DNA of 64,000 nt from Octopus vulgaris (lineage: Eukaryota): the NCBI GenBank assembly GCA_951406725.2, contig OX597838.1, positions 21,762,001-21,826,000 of the forward strand, in the 5' to 3' direction. Below the pieces are notes generated by a model. The model had not been told where the DNA came from. It worked only from the letters and a program-made list of their open reading frames with translations, and ran no database searches. Made by a program: the position numbers and the translations under genes. Shown piece by piece: positions 53,601-64,000 of the stretch. Positions within the stretch are counted from its first letter, which is position 1, and every line of letters starts with the position of its first letter.

Positions 53601-54392
53601 TAGTACCAGATCATTCTCATCATTCCGCTTTTTTAGCCTTAAAATTACAGAGACAAGACATCCGATTCTGACCTATTGTTTCATGGCCTCGTTTTGGTTT
53701 ATAAGCTTTTATAACATTTCCTAATGTCTTATCCGCTTTATCACACTTTTTCTGGTTTTATCACATTTCTATCACGTCTTTCATCACCTCATTAAAGCAT
53801 CTTTATGACAGTTACCATTTTTTTAATACCATTTTCATCACAATATTTTCAAATCATACATCATTCAATTGGAGCTATTCAAAACGTATTTATTACGACT
53901 TTTCATTTTAGTTTAGCGTTTTTCGACTTCAGTTCGCTATTTTTAAGAAATTACATCTCAACCAAGATCTAAAGTAAAAACTCTCGGCGGAATTAACTCA
54001 CCACTCAGTCACGCTATCTCTCATTTTCTCTCTCTCGCTCTCTCCTTTTCTCTGCTTCTACTCTCACTTGTCCCTTCTCCCCCCCTCTCTCTCTTTCTAT
54101 CGCCTCCTTCATCTTGATGGATTTATGCCCACACAGCAATAATCTTCCTTTGATCTACTGCTTATTTCATTGCCGTCTTTTGCTTTCCGTTCTGTGAAGT
54201 CAGCGTTCATTAGTTTCGCACGTCAGAATTTTGCTGCTTGTACACACATATTTTCCCAATAGTCGGGCATATCACACTCTCAGAGATACAGGTTCTTACA
54301 CACACACACACACACACACGCAATACACACATACACATACGTACATACATACATACATACATAATACATACATACATACATACATACATACA

Positions 54393-54428
<36 letters not shown>

Positions 54429-54483
54429 TACATAAAAACATTTAGATATGTATATATATATGTACATGTATATATATATATAC

Positions 54484-54520
<37 letters not shown>

Positions 54521-54521
54521 G

Positions 54522-54599
<78 letters not shown>

Positions 54600-54718
54600 A
54601 TTTAGATATGTATATATATATGTACATGTATATGTATATAAACATTTAGATATGTATATATATGTACATGTATATGTATATAAACATTTAGATATGTATA
54701 TATATGTATGTATGTATG

Positions 54719-54750
<32 letters not shown>

Positions 54751-54763
54751 TCTAAGCATTTAG

Positions 54764-54801
<38 letters not shown>

Positions 54802-55069
54802 TTGCACACGCACACATACATATGTGTGCACGTGTGTGTGTATAGACATCCATACATATACACACACACACACAAACAAATGATGTCCTTCTTTACTTAT
54901 CTTTCTTTCTTCTTTCTTTTCTCTCAATCCTTCTGTCTCTATATGCTCAGACGCAAACACGCTAACAAAACACTAAATACACGCAAGCACAAATGCACAG
55001 ACACATTCACGCAGACATACTCACGTTCAGATACACACATACACACATGGACGCGTATAGTTCTCTCAA

Positions 55070-55495
55070 TACACTACATACATACATACATACATAATAC
55101 ATACATACATACATAATACATACATACATACATACATACATACATAATACATACATACATACATACATAATACATACATACATACATACATACATACATA
55201 CATACATACATACATACATACATACACACACACACACGCACATATATATATACACACATACACACACATATACACGTATTTGTATGCACACACACACACA
55301 CACTCACACACATATATACATATACATAAATGCATACATACTTTCATGTATACATACATAAGACATATATACATAAATACATACATACATGCATACATAC
55401 ATGCATACATACATGCATATATAAATACGTGCATACATAATGCATGCATACATACATATATACATACATACATAAATACATACATACATACATAA

Positions 55496-55526
<31 letters not shown>

Positions 55527-56887
55527 CATGCATACATACATACATACATACATACATACATACATACATACATACATACATAAATACATACATACATACA
55601 TAAATACATACATACATACATACATACATACATAAATAAATACATACATACATACATACATACATACATACATACAATACATACATACATAAATACATAC
55701 ATACATACATACATACATACATACATACATACATACATACATACATACATACATACATAAATACATACATACATACATACATAAATAAATACATACATAC
55801 ATACGTACGTACGTACATAAATACATGCGTGCATACGTACATAAATACATACATACATACATACGTACGTACATACGTACATACGTACGTACATACGTAC
55901 GTACATACATACGTACGTACATAAATAAATACATACATAAATAAATACATACGTACATACGTACGTACATGCATGCGTGCGTACATACATACATACATAC
56001 GTACATACATACATGCGTGCATACATACATACATACGTACGTACGTACATACATACGTACGTACGTACATACATGCGTACATACGTACATACATACATAC
56101 GTACATACATACGTACGTACATACATACATACATACATACATACGTACATACGTGCGTACGTACATACGTACATACATACATACATACATACATAAATAC
56201 ATACATACATACGTACGTACGTACGTACGTGCATACATACATACATACATACATACATACATACGTACATACGTACATACATACATACATACATACATAC
56301 ATACATACATACATACATGCATACATACGTACATACATACGTACATACATACATGCATACATACATACATACATACGTACATGCATGCATACATACATAC
56401 ATAAATACATACATACATACATACATACATACATACATACATACATACATACATACGTACGTACATACATACATACATACATACATACATACATACATAC
56501 ATACATGCATACATACATACATACATACATACATACATACATACATACATACGTGCATGCATACATACATACATACATACATACATACATACATACATAC
56601 ATACATACATACATACATAGATATATACATACATACATACATACATACATACATACATACATACATACATACATGCATGCATGCATGCATACATACATAC
56701 ATACATACATACATACATACATACATGCATACATACATACATACATACATACATACATGCATGAATACATACATACATACATACATACATACATGCATGC
56801 ATACATACATACATACATACATACATACATGCATGCATGCATGCATACATACATACATACATGCATACATACATACATACATACATA
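55070..56887. repeat. ~1.8 kb (CATA)n tetranucleotide array with domain-wise variant units
   Basis: TAAA variants at ~55370-55950, CGTA variants at ~55800-56460, TGCA variants at ~56320-56865. Confidence 0.95.
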
Positions 56888-57130
56888 CCAATAGTAATCG
56901 GTGCACTTGGAAGTATCAGCACTCAACTACCAACATGGCTGAAGAAGATCGGTGCAAGTGTGAAGGTAGAACACCTACAAAAATCAGCATGGCTTGAAAT
57001 TGCAAGAATTCTTCGCAGAGTTCTTGAAGCATGACCAGTAAAACAAGTGTCACCTTAGTCTGCTGGCTGTGGACAGCTGACACTTTCCATCATACCCAGC
57101 AAAATAAGCTTTAATACAATAACGATAAAG
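56884..57130 (+). pseudogene. 3' end of an RLE-class (R4/Dong-like) LINE
   Basis: IPIVIGALGSISTQLPTWLKKIG...LQKSAWLEIARILRRVLEA* matches the PIVIGALG...LQK..LL..ARILR.VL C-terminus; short UTR then (ATG)n. Confidence 0.8.
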
Positions 57131-57179
57131 ATGATGATGATGATGATGATGATAATGATGATGATGATGATGATGATAG

Positions 57180-57340
57180 TATATATTACATACGGAAAAT
57201 GACACTACTAAGCATTGTGCATATCTTATGTAAAGCACTTTCAATACATTGAAAATACGTAAGAGCATCACAACAAACCACAGCACATACCCAAGGCACA
57301 CAGAGCTGCGCTCGGAAGCGCAGTGAAAGCACGTGATAAA

Positions 57341-57342
<2 letters not shown>
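57180..57342 (+). pseudogene. 3' end of a second R4/Dong-like LINE family
   Basis: IRKMTLLSIVHILCKALSIH* (cf. IQK.ALLGTAHILRK.LSI), short UTR, then (TAA)n. Confidence 0.55.
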
Positions 57343-57435
<93 letters not shown>

Positions 57436-57467
57436 CAATAATAATAATAATAATAATAATAATGATG

Positions 57468-57549
<82 letters not shown>

Positions 57550-57550
<1 letters not shown>

Positions 57551-58103
57551 CCCTGATGCAGTACCAGGCAATGGCTCTCATGGCTTCTGATCTTAACTGA
57601 TTGGAAGTGTTATCATGTACATTGTTTTGTCTTGGTATAAAAGATGGGCTACAGCAAATATTCTGCTCAATACCACAGATTTGCTTGTCAGTTGTTTGAC
57701 CTTAACCAGTTGAGCATGTCCCTTAGTGGCTGACGATATGTGCATCTCTGATCACGAGCAGAAGTAGTGGGGGAGCATCATAGCCATGTGTTGAGAGGGA
57801 TTCTTTGGGGTTTGAATAATTCACCTCTGGAAACATGGGTGGTTCTTTCAACATCCTTAAACAACCCTTATTCAGGGACCGTTTGAGCGGGATGGGCTAC
57901 TCAACCTGAAGAAAATTCTAACTGGGCCCCACCTGCAAGGTCATGTGCTGTTTATCTTGATATGAGATCACCATGTCGCGCACATATGGTTGTGATGCAT
58001 GTGCCTGGTGTGCCTTTATCAGACGGGTAGTCATGATGGGTATATTGGGCTTCGTATATTTTACCCCAGTGTCACTTTGATGGCATGAACTGCTCTCTCA
58101 CTC

Positions 58104-58104
<1 letters not shown>
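57550..58104 (+). mobile_element. ~550 bp non-coding element flanked on both sides by (TAA)n
   Basis: Its 3' end TTTTACCCCAGTGTCACTTTGATGGCATG.ACTGCTCTCTCACTC-(AAT)n recurs at 38343-38386, also followed by (AAT)n. Confidence 0.65.
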
Positions 58105-58162
<58 letters not shown>

Positions 58163-58164
58163 TG

Positions 58165-58228
<64 letters not shown>

Positions 58229-58242
58229 AAATAATAATAATT

Positions 58243-58565
58243 CTGAGACTCTCTTCGGTCACGACACAGACCATGGGATTGCACCTAGAAAGTTACCCTC
58301 CCAGGCACAAGTCCGGGCAAGGTTGTTTATGGAAGACCAGCAGTCGCCCATGCATACCGGCTTCCCCTCTCCATGCCACCAGTGTTATCCAAGGGAAAGG
58401 CAAAGAGGCCGATACAGCTTGGCACCTGTGAGATCGCAACTCGTTTCTACAGCTGAGTGAGCTGGAGCAACGTGAAATAAAGTGTCTTGCTCAAGAACAC
58501 AACACGCAGCCCGGTCCGGGATTCGAGCTCACAACCTTACGATCTAACCACTGAGCCATGCGCTT
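58243..58565 (-). mobile_element. SINE family C inserted in (TAA)n
   Basis: Reverse complement of 21109-21427. Confidence 0.8.
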
Positions 58566-58825
58566 TCACATAATAATAATAATAATAACAATGATAATAC
58601 TTATTATTATTATTATTATTGTTGTTGTTGTTGTTGTTGTTGTTGTTATTATTATTATTATTGTTATTATTATTATTGCTATTATTATTATTTTTAATAG
58701 ACAGAGTTTCAAAAATGGCTGAAGCGTTGAAAGTTTATTTCATAGCAGGTGTCAAACTTATCAAATATAAATGCCTGTGTGTATGTGAGTGTGTGTGTGT
58801 GCGCGCGTGCGTGTGTGTATATGTG

Positions 58826-58901
<76 letters not shown>

Positions 58902-59329
58902 TGCGCACGTATTTAGTAGACAGCAACCAAATCCAGGTGTACAAATACTATTTTTGCGGCGAATACAGCTAGAGAAGGGCTTTAAGCAGTAGGAAATCTA
59001 TTTTGAAAGTTCCACAGCAGGAGAAGAAAAAATATTTAGAAATGAATATTAAATATAAAAAGCTATAAAATATGACCGAAACAAACAAAATGCCAGTTTT
59101 TAGTCTTGGAGGAAATCAACGAATATAAAACAGTCACTAAAATGACAGTTGTAAAGGAAGAAAAAAAAAGACAACAGGAATTGCGAAAAGGTTAAAATCT
59201 AAGCTAAGAACGAAACCAGCAAATGTCAGGCTATAGCGATGGCAAGAAAGCTTCTAGTTGACCAACACTTGAAAACAGTGAATCGAATAGAAGTAGATAA
59301 GGAAAATCTGGAGAATTGGCTGATAAGCT

Positions 59330-59560
59330 GAGAATGAAAGCTTCTTAATTGTGGCATAGGATCAAATCTTCTCCATTAGAAAATCCTCAAAGCATAAAAT
59401 TAAGCAGAAGACAGTAAATGCCGAATACGTGGAGATGAGGGAAGAAGCAAGAAGCCATGTTGTATCTGACTGTTCAGTTTGAACGAAGAATACGGTCAAA
59501 AGCATAACAAAGTTGGAACTTCCACACGCTGGAAGTTTGGTCAGTGTTATGAAATGTTTA
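59330..59560 (+). pseudogene. Decayed R4/Dong-like LINE zinc-knuckle region
   Basis: A*DQIFSIR...SKCRI.G....SHVVSDCSV...EY...HNKVG....WK across frameshifts. Confidence 0.55.
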
Positions 59561-59599
59561 TAGCAAGTGTCTCAGAGAGTGACAGAATGACCGATATTA

Positions 59600-60030
59600 G
59601 TTTCAAATTTTAACACAAGGTCAGAAGTTTTGGGAGAAGGGCTTAAGTCGATTACATCGACCCAAGTGTTCAACTGGTACTTATTTTATTGATCTCGAAA
59701 GGATCAAAGGCAAAGTCGACCTCGGAGAAATTTGAACTCAGAACATAAAGAGGGATGAAATTCTGCTAAGCATTTTAAGCGGCGCAGTAACGATTCTGCC
59801 AGCTCGCTGCCTTCCTGCCTATTAATCTTGGTTTTAAATTTTGGCACAAGGGTGACAAATTCAGGTGAAGGAGTTACGTTGATTACATCGACCCCAATGT
59901 TTGAATAATCAACCCCAAAAGGATGAAAGATAAAATGGACGTCGGCGGAATTTGAACTCAGAACGTAAAGACGGACAAAATTCCGCTAAGCATCTTGTCC
60001 GTCGTGCTAACGATTCTGCTAGCTCACCCG
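59600..60030 (-). mobile_element. Two tandem SINE family B copies
   Basis: Reverse-complement matches; other copies at 1480-1890, 3340-3510, 21690-21905, 38490-38930, 42420-42525. Confidence 0.75.
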
Positions 60031-60408
60031 TCTTCAGAGCGACCAATATTGGGAAAAAGAAATACATTGGAATAATCAATAGACACAGACAAGGCGATCA
60101 ATGCTCATCAATCGGATATTGTTATCAAACACTATGAGGATAACGATCATAATTGAATTATCACACACACTCATGTACACACACACACACACACATTCAA
60201 ATCCACAGTCATCCACTTAATCTCAGTCATACAAATTCATGTCCTCACGTTACGTATACCTTCCTCCAGTTGTAGAGAGGTTATGCACCTTCAGCCATTT
60301 CAGTCAGACGAGTCGCTTACACTGCTAAGCGCTTGATAGGTGCCTAACCAATGACTACTCGTTGACCACAACTTTTAATTTTTCAACACACACACACACA
60401 CACACACG

Positions 60409-60459
<51 letters not shown>

Positions 60460-60585
60460 ACAGAGGATTTTTAAGACTCTGGCACATATTCTATCGGCCA
60501 CCATTTTCTATCGAGCTGCTAGTTACCGGGACGTATACAATCCAACAAAGGTTGTAAAGTGCTGTGTGTGTGTGCAGCAACTACC

Positions 60586-60647
<62 letters not shown>

Positions 60648-61169
60648 CACACACAGACATGCGACAAGCACCCACGCAGATTCCGTCTAGTGCTTTCACT
60701 CAAAAAGCGTTGGTTGGGCCGGAAATATAAGAGAAGACATTCGCCCAAGGTGGAACCGAACCCGAAACCACGAGGCTGCTAAGCGAGCTTCTTAACCACA
60801 CAACCACGCCAGGGAAGATTTTCACGACAGCATAGAACCGATTGAGATAATACAGAACAACGTAAACGACACATTTTGCTCGTGGCGCATAATGGATCGC
60901 TAGCAGCAAAATTTGAACTTACGAAAAGTTGGTATAGGAAATACTTTTATCGCACATTGGAACACATTCTCAGGTCATCAGTTGTCATATGACACATCAT
61001 CATGTGCTGGAAAGACCTCGAGGGACTTCACTGATATCCACTATAGATTATATCGACCGCTACTTTGATATTTTGCCAACGGCTATGGAACTGGATGTTA
61101 CAGGACACGTACACATATGTACTATGCATATATGCCAACAGAGAAACGCAAACCCCTACACACTCAGAG

Positions 61170-61233
<64 letters not shown>

Positions 61234-61332
61234 GTATGTATATGAAATATGATAAATATATAGTGTGTATGTATACATTCATAAATATTATATGTACTGA
61301 GATACATACATACACATACACTTAATTTATAA

Positions 61333-61560
61333 TACAGTGATACCTCGCAATGCGAGTTTAGTTCGTTCCACTACCGATTTGCTCGTTTTACTAATCAACT
61401 TTCGCCATTGAAATTAAATGAAATATAATTAATTCGTTCCATTCCACCAAAACCACCAAAAAAAATCATTTCTTTTTTGTATGGGCTTTAAAACAGAGAA
61501 GGTGAAGTTTTAAGGAAAATGACTTTTATAAAAAATATAATAAAGGAGAATGCAAAAGAA
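61333..61560 (+). mobile_element. pogo/Tigger-like terminal fragment
   Basis: TA-CAGTGATACCTCGCAATGCGAGTTTAGTTCGTTCC terminus. Confidence 0.4.
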
Positions 61561-61758
61561 ATATGTAAACTGGTTTTATTCATTGAATTGCCTTAAAGAT
61601 GGGACAATTTGTGCGCGAGGAAGATGATGGAGGGGTGGGGAGGGGGATTATTGTTTGCGTTGCTTGGGGAGTCTGGAGACAATGTAAGTATATATACATG
61701 TATATATAGGTATGTACATATATGTATATATGCATATATTTATATATTATTTATATTA

Positions 61759-61834
<76 letters not shown>

Positions 61835-61870
61835 ACACACACACATACATGTATTATGTTTATATACATT

Positions 61871-62930
61871 TACAAGGTTGAGCCAAAAGTTTTTTTCGGA
61901 TTTCAGGTTTTAATTAACAGTTGAAACAAATTATATACGAAAAGCATTTATTCATCAACAGATATACCATCATATTCTATTGTCTGTTATCATCGTTGAG
62001 TTAGAAACTCAATTCCACGCTTATATCATTTTGCTGGTCCAGAGGTAAAAAATCTCCCAGAACCTGTTTTCAACCTTATCCGCACTGCTGATCCTCCGTC
62101 CATGTAGGAAACGACCCATGACTGGACAAAGGCGGTAATCTGAAGGTGCATGGCCTGGTCTGTGGGCAGGCTGAGGCAGCACTTCCACAGTACTTCAAGG
62201 TCTTCAAGTTTATCCTTGGTCGTATGGGTAATGTGTTGAGGGCATTGCCATGCTGTAGAAGTGCGTGTCTTTGATAGAAGAATCCCGTGTAGTAGGATTT
62301 TAAAGTGCCATATACTCGTAGCAGTTGTTGAGTAGAAAGGTTAGTGTTCACAGCATGACTATTTGGATCCGGGTTATAAGTGTATCAATCCTTCGAAATG
62401 CCACCAAAATCACAACATGACCGTCTGTTCAAATTTGGAAAGAGGTTCTGAAACCTGGTCGGAACGAAGCCACTGATTTTTCTTATTAGGATTACAAAAC
62501 GAAAATATCAATAGATCCATCTTTCACCCCCAGTTACAGCTCGACACCAAAAACGAGCATCTCGAGAATCTGTCACCAGTTGCTTGCAAATGTTCACTCA
62601 CCGTTGAGCCTAGTCATTGGTCAGTTTAGAGTTTGTTCACTAGACCGAGCTTATGGAGGTATTGATTGGTGTTGGCTTGTGAAGTACCAAGCATTGCCGA
62701 CGATGTCCAAATGCTTGTGCTTCACTGTTTCAAACACAGCCTCATAATCCGCAACAAAAGGTTTCCCTGACCTTGGTTTGTCTTCGAGGATAATGTCTCC
62801 TTCGTTGAAACATGTGGACCAATTTTGTGTCACGTGTTCGTTGATAGATTCTGCGTTTTCCACATTAATTTCTTGTGTCGCTACCACAGCACTCAGTCCA
62901 TTTCTTCCCCACAGGTAGCTAAAATGGCTC
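61871..62930 (-). mobile_element. Decayed mariner element
   Basis: HTH remnant (TQNWSTCFNEGDIILEDKPRSGKP), VTGGERWIY (VTGDEKW motif), LLQHGNA (HDNA motif); TIR-like TACAAGGTTGAGCCAAAAGT at 61871. Confidence 0.75.
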
Positions 62931-63107
62931 TATTTCCAATTTTTTTTTCACCACACATTACCAAAACCGTAAACTGAAGAATAAACGCTTAATGTTTACA
63001 TGTTATTTATGACAATAAAGAACAAACAATCCAGCAATGATTGGACCACAAAGTATATCAAAGTAATGACGTAACATGGAGATACAAGCTGACCAAAAAT
63101 CGCTGAC

Positions 63108-63142
<35 letters not shown>

Positions 63143-63434
63143 CAAAATAAGCAACAAGAATAACTCCGGTAATTTGGTACGATCGTTTCGCACTACATCA
63201 TTTTATTAAATGTTGTAAGTATTACAACAGTTTTAAAATGCTGAGCACTCATCAGCCATTAATAGAAGTATTCCATTAATATATAATTTTCATAGCAAGT
63301 GGTAACATTATAGAGAAGGTAGATATATAGACAAAGATGTGGATTTAAATTTTAAGAACATTCGAGGTAGTGGAGCTTATCAACTGACTAAAATTCAGTT
63401 GGTCCAAACTATTGTAAGGTTCTGAGAGGAAAGG

Positions 63435-63465
<31 letters not shown>

Positions 63466-63479
63466 ATATATAAATATAT

Positions 63480-63870
63480 GCATATATACATAATATATGT
63501 ACATAGCTACATATATATGTATATATATACAAGCATATATGGGTACAGAACATAAAAACACGTTGAACACAATGAGAAACGAAAACATAAAAACAAAAAC
63601 ATAGAAAACGAACTTTTGTTTTTGTTTTTTATGTTCTCGTTTCTCATTCTGTCTACGTTCTTTTGATGTCCCGTAGCAATATATGCATATATATACACAC
63701 ATACATGTACAAACCTACTTATATATGTATATATACATTAATATATGGGTACGGGACATCAAAAGAACGTAGACAGAATGAGAAACGAGAACATAAAAAG
63801 CAAAAACATAGAAAATGGACTTTTTTTCGAACAACGAAAAAAACCCCAGAGAAACGAGACGTGCAATTAT
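63480..63870. mobile_element. Three nested ends of the same repeat family, the middle one inverted
   Basis: 63617-63675 is a near-perfect reverse complement of 63750-63808; 63540-63612 is a diverged direct copy. Confidence 0.65.
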
Positions 63871-63885
63871 CTATTTGTCTGTCTG

Positions 63886-63963
<78 letters not shown>

Positions 63964-64000
63964 GTCTGTCTATCTAGGCAAGTTTTGTCTAGTGAATGTT

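Noticed and set aside
55066-56997. Long ORFs of 500-618 aa (MYVC/HTYI repeats)
   Set aside because: Translation of the (CATA)n array; open in several frames on both strands.

Overview
Eukaryotic, AT-rich, repeat-saturated non-coding DNA; the SINE families and microsatellite load suggest a coleoid cephalopod such as Octopus (inference, not verified). No host protein-coding gene can be supported, and almost all ORFs in the supplied track are translated microsatellites. The only substantial reading frame is a 5'-truncated but uninterrupted Penelope-like retroelement (PLE; RT plus C-terminal GIY-YIG, Neptune-like; 46625-48133, minus strand). It lies between two near-identical ~1.84 kb inverted copies of its own microsatellite-built 3' region (44483-46320 / 48151-49985). 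Each arm carries a minimal type I hammerhead-ribozyme-like motif with a non-canonical U3-A8 core. The rest of the window is a patchwork of three tRNA-derived SINE families, decayed Tc1/mariner elements and MITEs, non-autonomous Helitrons, R4/Dong-like LINE 3' ends clustered in (TAA)n, further PLE remnants (several forming small inverted repeats or carrying other hammerhead-like motifs), and micro/minisatellites. A few unique islands could be regulatory or non-coding exons.
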